A DNA stretch of 64,000 nucleotides from Laetmonice hystrix. Its lineage: Eukaryota. This document shows, one piece after another, positions 50,520 through 62,972 of this stretch. Numbering within the stretch: position 1 is the stretch's first letter; every line of letters begins with the position of its first letter. The position numbers were made by a program, and so were the translations under genes. Under the pieces are notes generated by a model. That model worked only from the letters and a program-made list of their open reading frames with translations, was not told where the DNA came from and made no database searches. Where the stretch lies: contig OZ249436.1 in NCBI GenBank assembly GCA_965235115.1, positions 43,464,001 to 43,528,000 of the forward strand. Direction: 5' to 3'.

Positions 50520-52169
50520 AAAAATGAATTTGGTCTTAGTCGACTAGATTCGTTCATCCTACCGTTCGAAGATCTGGCGTCTGAGACAACACGTGATAAC
50601 CCAATGATAGCCGCCATACGGAACCGTGCCACAGATCGACCCACTGACGGGGAACGGGTTGTATTGCTACATCCCTTTAGAAGAGTCATGTCGCACTTTT
50701 CTCAGGCTTGCACCCTCCCGCCTCCAAGTGGACACTAAGTGACTCATCATACTGTCAGTGTTTGAACCATCAGCACGTGTTGCCAGACTACGACCGAACG
50801 TGGACCCATGCAAGCTCCTTCCGACCCATCAGCCAGTTCATGGGAGACAGACCCGAGTCTATCTAAGCGATACTTTCAGACGTGACCGTTCACTATACAT
50901 TTGACCAGTGGTTGCCTGGCTTTATATAGTGGGGAGGTCAAGCTGGACCTCCAGAGTGGTGTCCCACACAACCACATTGTTTTACTAAGATAAAAACATT
51001 TTACAGGCAACAACCAAATCCCTGGAGGTGTAGATCTCGTCTGTAGCACTAAAAATAGGGGGACCCTCCATAGTTTCTTCCTGCAAGTTGATTTCATTAA
51101 AACATATTAATAAAAATGATAAAATCAGGGCACCATGGACAATGAGGCACGTGACACCGACGTTCTGCATACGACAGTCGTCACCCAACGTCAATGTCAA
51201 CATAGTTACAGTCATTTATATACAAATTAGGATCTCACCTCCAAAACCAATTGCCTACATGGCTGTATTTTAGTGTGTTCTTTACCACAAAGCAATATAA
51301 GTGAACACCGACTTAAACATCAGAAGGTTTTACAGGTAGAACATATTTCACAGTAATCAAGACACCATTTCCACCGTCCTGTCTGTCCAAATGAAAACAA
51401 GGTGTACAACCAAGCATGTCTGGCGGTGTCATACTGTCTACAGGTAAAACTGTTGACTGTAACTGACTACGTACAGATTTGCCGGCGTAAGGTGTGACAA
51501 ACAAACCTGGACAATAGAAACCACTACCTGGTATTTATAGCACAAGACTTTATTAGAGGAGGGCGTATACTGGCACAGCTTTCACCTACTCTATTTACCA
51601 CACAGATCTTGCTTACTTGATTATTGTTTGTTCACGAAGGAGTAAAAGTTTTAATATCAACTAATGCAATATGTGCCCCTGACTTCATGGATCTGTTATC
51701 CGTAAACCATCTCATTTCTGCCACGCTGTATTTTTTGGCCTTGACAAGTTTAACAAAACCGGTCAAAAAATTATGACAAAAGTGATGTCCTTAAGAATGA
51801 CAAAAGTGGGCGACGTTGTGACAAAAGTGGTGACCTGTGACAAAAGTGGTTGTTACGTTGGCTCAGTGAACGAGACCTGCTGATGTTATGACAGACAATC
51901 CGTTTCTATGCCGGGACGTTGGCTCAGTGAACGAGACCTGCTGATGTTATGACAGACAATCCGTTTCTATGCCGGGACGTTGGCTCAGTGAACGAGACCT
52001 GCTGATGTTATGACGAACGTTTCTATGCCGGGACGTTGGCTCAGTGAACGAAACCTGCTGATGTTATGACAGACAATCCGTTTCTATGCCGGGACGTTGG
52101 CTCAGTGAACGAGACCTGCTGATGTTATGACAGACAATCCGTTTCTATGCCGGGACGTTGGCTCAGTGA
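49173..52169. repeat. 61-bp minisatellite split by a transposon (49173-49837 and 51856-52169)
   Basis: gtgaacgagacctgctgatgttatgacagacaatccgtttctatgccgggacgttggctca. Confidence 0.93.
49838..51856. mobile_element. 2-kb non-autonomous DNA transposon inserted in a 61-bp minisatellite (TGT terminus, Ginger-like)
   Basis: TIR gtagcaaccacttttgtca / tgacaaaagtggttgttac, subterminal CCACTTTTGTC repeats, duplicated cgtt, array resumes in register. Confidence 0.8.
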
Positions 52170-52962
52170 AGATATTCCTTCATGATCTAACCGACTCCTG
52201 GACATTTATCACATCAGTGGGGGATCCAAGATTTTGATAAGGGGGAGGGCATCAGGATTTTGATAAGGGGGGGCACCTAATTTTCTTTTGCCTCGCTATG
52301 CTCGGCTTTTGGCTTTGACTGTACTAATGCGTCTTCATCCAACAAAAAAAGAAGGAAAATCTAAGGGGGGATCCCGGATCCTGGATCCCCCACCGCCCAG
52401 TGCCTGTACGGATGGAGCTCTCTGTACGGGCCCCATGAGCCGTCGGGTTGATCGGGGTCTCAGGATCCCATAGATACCTAGGAACTGGGGGCCTTTTCCA
52501 TGGATGCCCGGGAGTCAGGGGACCGTCTCAAACACCAGCCACGTGTTGATTGGACGGGACGCCCCCCGTCCATGTAACGTGATCGTTATTCGATATCGTG
52601 GCCACAGGCACGGGGCGGAGTAACACATCGCCTTGTAGCTAGTGCTGCCCTCTCGACTCGAGCTGAGAACTGAAGCTCGCGTGTGGTGCCCACTTTAAGA
52701 CGGACACCGTCGACCGGTCGGTCGGGCGGTCTCTCCCGGCAGTCCTTACCCTGGCCCCACAACCCATCGTGACTTGGGTCTGTCTGCGCGAGGCGGCAAC
52801 AGGCTGCAACCACGTGGGCGCAGATGCTAGTTTCTAGCAAGAAGGTTTCAAATCCTGCCGAGACAATGCCACGTGTGACTTCCATTAACTATTTATCCCA
52901 TGTTTTCTGGAGTAGTACCGATGTGACGAGGCCGCGTGAGGTCTCAAACTCCTAGAATCCAG

Positions 52963-54479
52963 CAACTATCGCCTTCTCTTCGTGCCTCGACAGCCTTCTG
53001 TAACCGGGACGACAGTAACCGGGGCGACGGTAACCGGTACCAGGACGACGGTAACCGGGACGACGGTAACCGGGGCGACGGTAACCGGGACGACGGTAAC
53101 CAGTACCAGGACGACGGTAACCGGGGCGACAGTAACCGGGACGACAGTAACCGGGGCGACGGTAACCAGTACCAGGACGACGGTAACCGGGGCGACAGTA
53201 ACCGGGGCGACGGTAACCGGGACGACGGTAACCAGTACCAGGACGACGGTAACCTGGACGACGGTAACCGGGACGACGGTAACCGGGACGACAGTAACCA
53301 GTACCAGGACGACGGTAGCCTGGACGAATGTAACCTGGACGACGGTAACCGGAGCGACGGTAACCTGGACGACGGTAACCTGGACGACGGTAACCTGGAC
53401 GACGGTAACCTGGACGTCAGTAACCTGGACGACGTTAACCGGCACGACGGTAACTGGGACGACGGTAACCGGGACGACGGTAACCGGGACGACGGTAACC
53501 AGGGCGACGGTAACCTGGACATCGGTAACCGGGGCGACGTTGGCCGGGACGACGGTAACCGGAACGACGGTAACCGGGACGACGGTAACCGGGACGACGG
53601 TAACCGGAACGACGGTAACCGGGACGACGGTAACCTGGACGACGGTAACCTGGACGACGGTAACCAGTACGACGGTAACCGGGACGACGGTAACTGGGAC
53701 GACGGTAACCTGGACGACGGTAACCTGGACGACGGTAACCAGTACGACGGTAACCTGGACGTCAGTAACCTGGACGACGTTAACCGGCACGACGGTAACC
53801 GGCACGACGGTAACTGGGACGACGGTAACCGGGACGACGGTAACCGGGACGACGGTAACCGGGACGACGGTAACCTTGACGTCGGTAACCGGGACGACGG
53901 TAACCGGGACGACGGTAACCGAAACGTCGTTCAGCCGTGGGAGGCCCGGCACGTTGGGCCCAAGGGCCCCAGTGGTCAGGACGTGGTGGGGGGACCGTCT
54001 GAGGCCCAGCCGCGGCCCGGACCCAACCCACCGCTGGTACCGTCCATGTGGGTGGAGGAGACGAAACCCGTCCCACAATGCACCTCGGCCATGTTGGTCA
54101 TGTGGCGCCGCCTGTGCCGGTTGTGGCGGCCTACCCTCCGGACCATTGGCCAGTGTCTCTTCGGGTTCGCCATTCTCTTCATCATAGCGGGGATCGCCCT
54201 TTGTATCTGGGGTTACCTTGGAACGGCTATCCGCCCCTTCCAGATCTTCGGGCCTGTTTGTATCGGAGTAGGAATCGCCATCTACGTGCTGGGTTGTATC
54301 CTGTGCTGCCGTGAGTACCCGGATTACGAGCGGAGTCTGCGCGAGTCAGAGCGACAGGAGAAGGTGAGGCGAGCCCTGAGGACTTTGTCAGACAAGGAGG
54401 CCATTGAATGGATTCAACAGGAACCGGAAATATACGACGACTTCCGGCAGCTAGCTATGCAGGTCCTCAACAACCACGG
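52963..54479 (+). CDS. Two-transmembrane protein (hairpin with GP motif, PIRT/TMEM100/TMEM200-like architecture), preceded in frame by DDGN(R/L) pentapeptide repeats
   Basis: Two hydrophobic helices LFGFAILFIIAGIALCIWGYL and IFGPVCIGVGIAIYVLGCILCC followed by a charged helical tail; donor gg|GTAAGT at 54480. 5' end uncertain: acceptors at 52962 or 52993, first in-frame ATG at 54046. Confidence 0.7.
53000..53925. repeat. 15-bp repeat (with 18-bp variants), about 60 copies
   Basis: gacgacggtaaccgg. Confidence 0.95.
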
Positions 54480-55325
54480 GTAAGTACTTCTGTCATGATC
54501 ATATAGCTATGCAAGTCCTCAACAACCACGGGTAGGTACTTCTGTCATGATCATATATAGCTATGCAAGTCCTCAACAACCACGGGTAAGTACTTCTGTC
54601 ATGATCATATAGCTATGCAAGTCCTCAACAACAACGGGTAGGTACTGTCATGATCATATAGCTATGCAGGTCCTCAACAACCACGGGTAGGTACTTCTGT
54701 CATGATCAGATAGCTATGCAGGTCCTCAACAACCACGGGTAGGTACTGTCATGATCATATAGCTATGCAGGTCCTCAACAACCACGGGTAGGTACTTCTG
54801 TCATGATCAGATAGCTATGCAAGTCCTCAACAACCACGGGTAGGTACTGTCATGATCATATAGCTATGCAGGTCCTCAACAACCACGAGTAGGTACTTCT
54901 GTCATGATCATATAGCTATGCAGGTCCTCAACAACCACGGGTAGGTACTTCTGTCATGATCAGATAGCTATGCAAGTCCTCAACAACCACGGGTAGGTAC
55001 TTCTGTCATGATCATATAGCTATGCAGGTCCTCAACAACCACGGGTAGGTACTTCTGTCATGATCATATAGCTATGCAAGTCCTCAACCACGGGTAGGTA
55101 CTTCTGTCATGATCATATAGCTATGCAAGTCCTCAACAACCACGGGTGGTACTTCTGTCATGATCATATAGCTATGCAAGTCCTCAACAACCACGGGTAG
55201 GTACTGTCATGATCATATAGCTATGCAGGTCCTCAACAACCACGGGTAGGTACTTCTGTCATGGTCATATAGCTATGCAAGTCCCCAACAACCACGGGTA
55301 GGTAATTCTGTCATGATCATAGCTA
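54454..55325 (+). repeat. 52-bp array of exon end plus donor, about 17 copies
   Basis: gctatgcaggtcctcaacaaccacgg|gtaggtacttctgtcatgatcatata. Confidence 0.95.
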
Positions 55326-55608
55326 TATGACGTCAAGTGACTTACAGAAAGTGTTGGAAGGCTCATTAAAAGTTCCTGATTTTCCAAGGACCTTTTCCAT
55401 GGTTAGGATCGTTAATCTGACATGTTAGCATAGTTCGACCTGAAAATAATTTACACCCAAGTATATAGTTTTCATTTATATTCACCAGTTGAAATTTGCT
55501 TCCCTGGCATAACGCATGTTTTGACTGGTGTTTGTATAGTAGAAGAAGCCAGTGTTACATGTGATACAGCAATTTGTTCCGAAGGTCTCTAGTGTTTGTT
55601 TAATTTAG

Positions 55609-55633
55609 GCTACGCTCCAATGATACTCAATGA
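55609..55633 (+). CDS. Terminal coding exon of the two-TM gene (GLRSNDTQ*)
   Basis: tttgtttaatttag| acceptor, phase 2 matches, TGA at 55631-55633. Confidence 0.55.
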
Positions 55634-56275
55634 TTTGACGGTCGGAGCATTCTGATCGTCCTGTGGATGATCGCTGAAATAGAAACCTCTGACTCTATTT
55701 GCTCCTGTCATAATGAGAGCGGCTCCCAATGATACTCAATGATTTGACGGTCGGAGCATTCTGATCGTCCTGTGGATGATCGCTGAAATAGAAACCTCTT
55801 ACTCTATTCGCTTCTGTCATAATGAAAGCGGCTCCCATTGATACTTCATGATTTGACGGTCGGAGCATTCTGATCGTCCTGTGGATGATCGCTGAAATAG
55901 AAACCTCTGACTCTATTCGCTTCTGTCATAATGAGAGCGGCTCCCATTGATACTTCATGATTTGACGGTCGGAGCATTCTGATCGTCCTGTGGATGATCG
56001 CTGAAATAGAAACCTCTTACTCTATTCGCTTCTGTCATAATGAGAGCGGCTCCCATTGATACTTCATGATTTGACGGTCGGAGCATTCTGATCGTACTGT
56101 GGATGATCGCTGAAATAGAAACCTCTGACTCTATTCGCTTCTGTCATAATGAGAGCGGCTCCCATTGATACTTCATGACTTGACGGTCGGTGCATTCTGA
56201 TCGTACTGTGGATGATCGCTGAAATAGAAACCTCTGACTCTATTCGCTCCTGTCATAATGAGAGCGGCTCCCATT
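55615..56275 (+). repeat. 109-bp array beginning at the putative stop codon, 6 copies
   Basis: gatactcaaTGAtttgacggtcggagc recurs every 109 bp. Confidence 0.9.
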
Positions 56276-58457
56276 ACTATTATATAGAGTACTAACCCCA
56301 GGCTGCGTTTCTATTGGGGATCAATATTCTATCTTACACCGGCGACACCTTACAACCGCGTAGTGATCACTATCGTTACGAATTCCGAGTATTGTAAGCA
56401 ATGCTGGACGGCTGATAGCGCTATACCTTATGGCGATCTATAAAGGCGAGCCGGGGTTTCCATTACCCAAGAAATACGTCAGGAAACAAATTTCGTGTTC
56501 AGTACACAATGTACTTGAAGCGTTGTGCGCTGTGGTCGGACTGTGAACTCGGCGTGAACTCGACGTCAACTTGGTCTATTCAGGCTCGCAGCTCTTGACA
56601 TTGGTTGACCTTGAGGACAGTTGTATTTTTTGGTCTGTTCTCTGGCAGAGATAACCCACATAACCTTTTGATTCCACCGCCGCTGTTGCACCATGGGTTC
56701 AATCCTGATTCGTCAACTTGACTCTGACTCTTAATTGCCTATATGAATTTTTGAAAACAGAAGATCATGAACTCTAGTATATATACTTGTACTAATCTCA
56801 TATATGCTATATGCCCATATATGGGCATAACAGATTAGTACACGTACACTATGGGATTGTATTTTTTTTGTAAACAAGTACAATCTTTAAACGTCGACCA
56901 TGGCGACAGAAGTTCTTGATTCAGAATATGAGTCATGGGTACAAACACCTGTCTCCCACCAATTCCACATCTAGATTCTCTAGGCCCTATTAGTATAATC
57001 AAGAGTAGTTCTATGTGTGTCGCGATTCCCAATCCTATGCGATTGTTAATCAGACCCAGAGAGGTTCGTAAATAGTCGACGTGGGGTTAATGTGATAATT
57101 AGAATTGTAAATGAGGGCTACGTGTCGGCAGGGATTTGTAACCGAGCCACTGATTGGTGGATGTCTGGAGTCCGTTTCACTAAGCTGGCTCGGAGCCGGA
57201 GACGGAACGTCGTATTTTGGTTTTGCTACGCCGGCGCCGCCGCGTAATAGGAAGTGGCCAGGTTACCATAACAACAACATAACAACAACAAACACAAGAG
57301 TGAATATGGCGGGTGATTTGATTTTGGTCGAGTTGGCTGCTCTGAAAGATTGTGTCGCCCTGCGAGCGCCATGCGATGACACGGCCTATAGCTGCAGTGA
57401 ATGCAAAACAGCACATCACTTTATGACCAAAATAGTTGAAAATACCACGAGATAATTGTGCTGACAGCCGATTCACTAAAGTCTTCAAATATTAATCCAA
57501 CTACTTGACACTTCAAATCCATTGTGTCAACTCATGGAAAGAAGAAATCGAGGAAAACCCTACGCCGTTAGACACTTACGGGACAGAGCCGATCTATCTC
57601 GGGACCCGGGAACGGCTCAGCTTCAAATACGCGCGTATCGATGACGTCACGGTATTTTCTGATGACGCGACGCTGTGCTAAGCCGGAGCCGGAGACGGAA
57701 CCGGGATAGCAGAACCTGTCTATGTCGCCCCGTGCCGCCAACGTTAAAACGTCTCGTTTTGCGACGTAGTCAGACGGGGCCCCTGGGGTCGAACAGCCAT
57801 GGTCGGGGTCGCCGGCTATTATAGGTCATTACTATGATTACAGTAATATTTATGGTTTACTTACATACAATGCTAAGTTAAGGCAGACTATTTTGCGGGA
57901 TATTTATTTGTAAGCTGATGTCAAGTGCATTAAGGCATCACTGAGTATACGTCCTAGAGTCTGTACTGAAATCAATTGAACATCTGTATTTCTATCGAGA
58001 GAAAGCTGACCTTCATGGGTAGGCCGTCTTGTAGAGGTCATGGAAGTTAAATAACAAAGATCAAAGAATCAAATTCTTTAGCTAAATCACTCATTATAGC
58101 CTCGTTTTTAAAACTGACGTAACAACTTCCAACGCGTTTCTGGTACTAGGCTGAAGGCTTCCATTATCGTCCATTGGCCGAACGTCTGGCACTAGCCTGA
58201 AGGCTTCCGTTATCGTCCATTGGTCCTTCGTGAAGGCACTGGACACCACTGGATGCCTGCTGACAGACACCAGTCACGCTACCCCGGATATAACTCAACA
58301 AAGATGGCGGAGATGTTGCAGGCGCGACACTTCCCACGGAAATAAAATCATATTAGCATAGTTGTCAGAGTGAAACGGAAAATTACGACACACTTATGTC
58401 ACATGATCATAAAATGGACGGGGGGCATAAATGTTGATACCTGAAACAATATGATCC

Positions 58458-58529
58458 TGACCCCGACGTGATTCGAACACGCAACCTTCTGATCTGGAGT
58501 CAGACGCGCTACCGTTGCGCCACGGAGTC
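58458..58529 (-). tRNA. trnW: tRNA-Trp(CCA) copy 1
   Basis: GACTCCGTGGCGCAACGGTAGCGCGTCTGACTCCAGATCAGAAGGTTGCGTGTTCGAATCACGTCGGGGTCA; full cloverleaf. Confidence 0.96.
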
Positions 58530-58996
58530 CTCTGATCTACAATTGGAACCTCTCTTAATAAGATTTAATTTAGAATGGCTACTCGACTTTTACGGCCGTT
58601 TTGATTCCTTTCCTTGAAGTGGGTTGTGTTTTACAATTTCCTCTGAGTCGTAGTTTACTAGCGTGCGTTACATATGGACACAAAACAGATCTGACCCCGC
58701 GACATCCCCGATTCGGGGACATCCCTACTCAAAGTGTCCCACTAAAATGTCCCTCCTCCACTGGAACAGTGATGGGGGAATGTCGCCAGGATGTCCCCAG
58801 GACGAGACTGTCGCCGCTCGGGGACATTCCCCGTTAGTGAAATGGTCCCATGGCACGCTGCCCCGGATATAACTCAACAAAGACGGCGGAGATGCTGTAG
58901 GCGCGACGCTTCCTAAGGAAATGAAATCTGATTGGCACAGTTGTCGAAGTCAGATAGAAGATCACGATTTGTTACATGAGGGAAAAATATAAGGTA

Positions 58997-59068
58997 TGAC
59001 CCCGACGTGATTCGAACACGCAACCTTCTGATCTGGAGTCAGACGCGCTACCGTTGCGCCACGGAGTC
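58997..59068 (-). tRNA. trnW: tRNA-Trp(CCA) copy 2
   Basis: Identical to copy 1; T-run terminator downstream. Confidence 0.96.
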
Positions 59069-59464
59069 ATTTAATGATCTATAATCTCTCTTAATAAGAT
59101 TTAATTAAGAATGGCTACCCGACTTTTACGGCCTTTGTTATTCCTTTCCCCTGGGGTCCGTTTCATAAACTGCCGTTAGCTCATCATATCTTTAACACCA
59201 ATGTATTTTCAATGGGGATTTTAACGGTCAACAAGATAACGATGGGTGTGTAACGCACCCCAGACCGCTGTCCCGGATATAACTCAACAAAGATGGCGGA
59301 GATGTTGCAGGCGCGACACTTCCCACGGAAATAAAATAAACCCATTAACATAGTTGTCCGAGTGCAATTACGACATAATTATGTCACATGATGATAAATT
59401 AACGGAGTGAATTAAATGGACGGGGGGCAAAAATATTGATACCTGAAACCATTAATTTTGATCC

Positions 59465-59536
59465 TGACCCCGACGTGATTTGAACACGCAACCTTCTGAT
59501 CTGGAGTCAGACGCGCTACCGTTACGCCACGGAGTC
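59465..59536 (-). tRNA. trnW: tRNA-Trp(CCA) copy 3
   Basis: T-loop variant TTCAAAT and D-stem C13U (G-U pair). Confidence 0.9.
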
Positions 59537-59958
59537 TTACATTTTGTTATGCTTATCGCTGTTAATACATTTTTTTAGGGATGTCTACTCCACTTTTACA
59601 GCCGTTTTTATTCCTTTCCTGGGTCGCGTTTTATAATTTTCTCTTAATCTAGCTTACTATAGCGGTACATATTGACACAAAACAGATTTGTAAAACTACA
59701 GCTCCGCTGGTGGTAACGGGCCTGATCGTGTATGACCTGTGGCGCCCGCTCCCTCGTGAAGGCCACTCATGGACACCACTGGACGGCTGCTGACAGACCC
59801 CAGGCCGCTGCCCCGGATATAACTCAACAAAGATGGCGGAGATGTTGCAGGCGCGACGTTTGCTAAGGAAATAACATCAGATCGACATAATTGACTTCGT
59901 GAAACGGAAGATAAAGATATGTTACATCAGGAAAATAATTCGACAATTCGTTTGATCA

Positions 59959-60030
59959 TGACCCCGACGTGATTCGAACACGCAACCTTCTGATCTGGAG
60001 TCAGACGCGCTACCGTTGCGCCACGGAGTC
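59959..60030 (-). tRNA. trnW: tRNA-Trp(CCA) copy 4
   Basis: Identical to copy 1. Confidence 0.96.
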
Positions 60031-60497
60031 CTCTGATCTACAATTGGAACCTCTCTTAATAAGATTTAATTAAGAATGGCTACTCGACTTTTACGGCCGT
60101 TTTGATTCCTTCCCTTGAAGTGGGTTGTGTTTTACAATTTTCTCTGAGTCGTAGTTTACTAGCGTGCGGTACATATGGACACAAAACAGATCTGACCCCG
60201 CGACATCGCCGATTCGGGGACATCCCTACTCAAAGTGTCCCACTAAAATGTCCCTCCTCCACTGGACCAGTGATGGGGGAATGTCGCCAGGATGTCCCCA
60301 GAACGGGACTCTCGCCGCTCGGGGACATCCCCCGTTAGTGAAATGGGCCCATGGCACGCTGCCCCGGATATAACTCAACAAAGACGGCGGAGATGTTGCA
60401 GGCGCGACGCTTCCTAAGGAAATGAAATCTTATTTGCATAGTTGTCCAAGTGACATAGAAGATCACGATATGTTACATCGGGGAAAAACTTTGAGCA

Positions 60498-60569
60498 TGA
60501 CCCCGACGTGATTTGAACACGCAACCTTCTGATCTGGAGTCAGACGCGCTACCGTTGCGCCACGGAGTC
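60498..60569 (-). tRNA. trnW: tRNA-Trp(CCA) copy 5
   Basis: T-loop variant TTCAAAT. Confidence 0.95.
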
Positions 60570-61112
60570 ATTTAAATATGCTGTGTATAATCTCTCCTAA
60601 TAAGATTTAATTAAGAATGGATACCCGACTTTTACGGCATTGTTTATCGTCAGTCGGGGGTCAACGTTCTTCCCACGGACGCATTGTCTCGCTCGGGATT
60701 CCCTCGGGATTCCTTCGGGCGTATGACGTAGGGACATCCCTACTCAAAGTGTCCCACTAAAATGTCCCTCCTCCACTGAACCAGTGATGAGGGAATGTCG
60801 CCAGGATGTCCCCAGAACGGGACAGTCGCCGCTCGGGGACATCCCCACGGCACGCTGCCCTGGATATAACTTAATAACTTAACTGGACGGCTGCTGACAG
60901 ACCCCAGACCGCTGCCCCGGATATAACTCAACAAAGATGGCGGAGATGTTGCAGGCGCGACGTTTGCCAAGGCAATAACATCAGATCGACATAATTGACT
61001 TCGTAAAAAGGAAGATAACGATATGTTACGTCAGGAAAAAATAACTAGGTAAAAAACGGAATGAATGTAAGGGAAGTGGGACGAAAAATGGTTGTGCCCA
61101 ATCTTTTGATCA

Positions 61113-61184
61113 TGACCCTGACGTGATTCGAACTCGCAACCTTCTGATCTGGAGTCAGACGCGCTACCGTTGCGCCACGGAGTC
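61113..61184 (-). tRNA. trnW: tRNA-Trp(CCA) copy 6, probably defective
   Basis: C-A mismatch in the acceptor stem and A-A mismatch in the T-stem. Confidence 0.75.
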
Positions 61185-61653
61185 CTCTGAAGTACAATTT
61201 GAACCCCTCTTAATAAGATTTAATTTAGAATGGCTACTCGACTTTTACGGCCGTTTTGATTCCTTTCCTTGAAGTGGGTTGTGTTTTACAATTTCCTCTG
61301 AGTCGTAGTTTACTAGCGTGCAGTACATAATAGACACAAAACAGATCTCACCCCGCGACATCCCCGATTCGGGGACATCCCTACTCAAAGTGTCCCACTA
61401 AAATGTCCCTCCTCTACTGGAACAGTGATGGGGGAATATCGCCAGGATGTCCCCAGAACGGGACTGTCGCCGCTCGGGGACATCCCCCGTTAGTGAAATG
61501 GACCCCCGGCACGCTGCCCCGGACATAACTCAACAAAGATGGCGGAGATGTTGCAGGCGCGACGCTTCCGAAGGAAATGAAATCTGTTTGTCCTAGTTGT
61601 CCAAGTGAGATAAAAGATTACGATATGTTACATCAGGGAGAAAACTTTGATCC

Positions 61654-61725
61654 TGACCCCGACGTGATTTGAACACGCAACCTTCTGATCTGGAGTCAGA
61701 CGCGCTACCGTTGCGCCACGGAGTC
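61654..61725 (-). tRNA. trnW: tRNA-Trp(CCA) copy 7
   Basis: T-loop variant TTCAAAT. Confidence 0.95.
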
Positions 61726-62197
61726 TTACATTTTATTAGGCTAATCGCTGTTAATACATTTTTTTAGTGATGTCTACTCCACTTTTACAGCCGTTTTTAT
61801 TCCTTTCCTGGGTCGCGTTTTACAATTTTCTCTTAATCTAGCTTAGTATAGCGGTACATATTGACACAAAACGAATCTGTAAAACTACAGCCCCGCTGGT
61901 GGTAACGGGGCTGATCATGTATGACCTGTGGCGCCCGCTCCCTCGTGAAGGCCACTCATGGACACCACTGGACGGCTGCTGACATACCCCAGGCCGCTAC
62001 CCCGGATATAACTCAACAAAGACGGCGGAGATGTTGCAGGCGCGACGTTTGCCAAGGCAATAACATCAGATTGACATAATTGACTTCGTGAAACGGAAGA
62101 TAACGATATGTTTTCAGGAAAAAATAACTCGGTAAAGAACGGAATGAATTTATGGGAAGTGGGACGAAAAAAATGGTTCCGACAAGTGATTTGATTC

Positions 62198-62269
62198 TGA
62201 CCCCGACGTGATTCGAACACGCAACCTTCTGATCTGGAGTCAGACGCGCTACCGTTGCGCCACGGAGTC
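62198..62269 (-). tRNA. trnW: tRNA-Trp(CCA) copy 8
   Basis: Identical to copy 1. Confidence 0.96.
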
Positions 62270-62648
62270 CTCTGATTTACAATTGGAACCTCTCTTAATA
62301 AGATTTAATTAAGAATGGCTACTCGACATTTACGGCCGTTTTGATTCCTTTCCTTGAAGTGGGTTGTGTTTTACAATTTTCTCTGAGTCGTAGTTTACTA
62401 GCGTGTGGTACATAATAGACACAAAACAGATCTGACCCCGCGACATCCCCGATTCGGGGACATCCCTACTCAAAGTGTCCCACTAAAATGTCCCTCCTCC
62501 ACTGGACCAGTGATGGGGAAATGTCGCCAGGATGTCCCCAGGACGAGACAGTCGCCGCTCGGGGACATCCCCCCGGCATAGTTTGGCATAGTTGTCCAAG
62601 TGAGATAAAAGATACATGTATGTTACATAAGTGAAAGAATGTTGATCC

Positions 62649-62720
62649 TGACCCCGACGTGATTTGAACACGCAACCTTCTGATCTGGAGTCAGACGCGC
62701 TACCGTTGCGCCACGGAGTC
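62649..62720 (-). tRNA. trnW: tRNA-Trp(CCA) copy 9
   Basis: T-loop variant TTCAAAT. Confidence 0.95.
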
Positions 62721-62900
62721 ATTTAAATATGCTGTGTATAATCTCTCCTAATAAGATGTTGCAGGCGCGACACTTCCCACGGAAATAAAATCATATTAAC
62801 ATAGTTGTCCAAGTGAAACGGAAAATTACGACATACTTATGTCACATGATCATAAAATGGACGGGGGGCATAAATGTTGATACCTGAAACAATATGATCC

Positions 62901-62972
62901 TGACCCCGACGTAATTCGAACACGCAACCTTCTGATCTGGAGTCAGACGCGCTACCTTTGCGCCACGGAGTC
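62901..62972 (-). tRNA. trnW: tRNA-Trp(CCA) copy 10, possibly defective
   Basis: C61U at the end of the B-box and a D-loop C to A change. Confidence 0.8.

Noticed and set aside
8693..56275. CRISPR-like appearance of the regular arrays
   Set aside because: No unique spacers, no cas genes, and a eukaryotic intron context; these are head-to-tail tandem repeats
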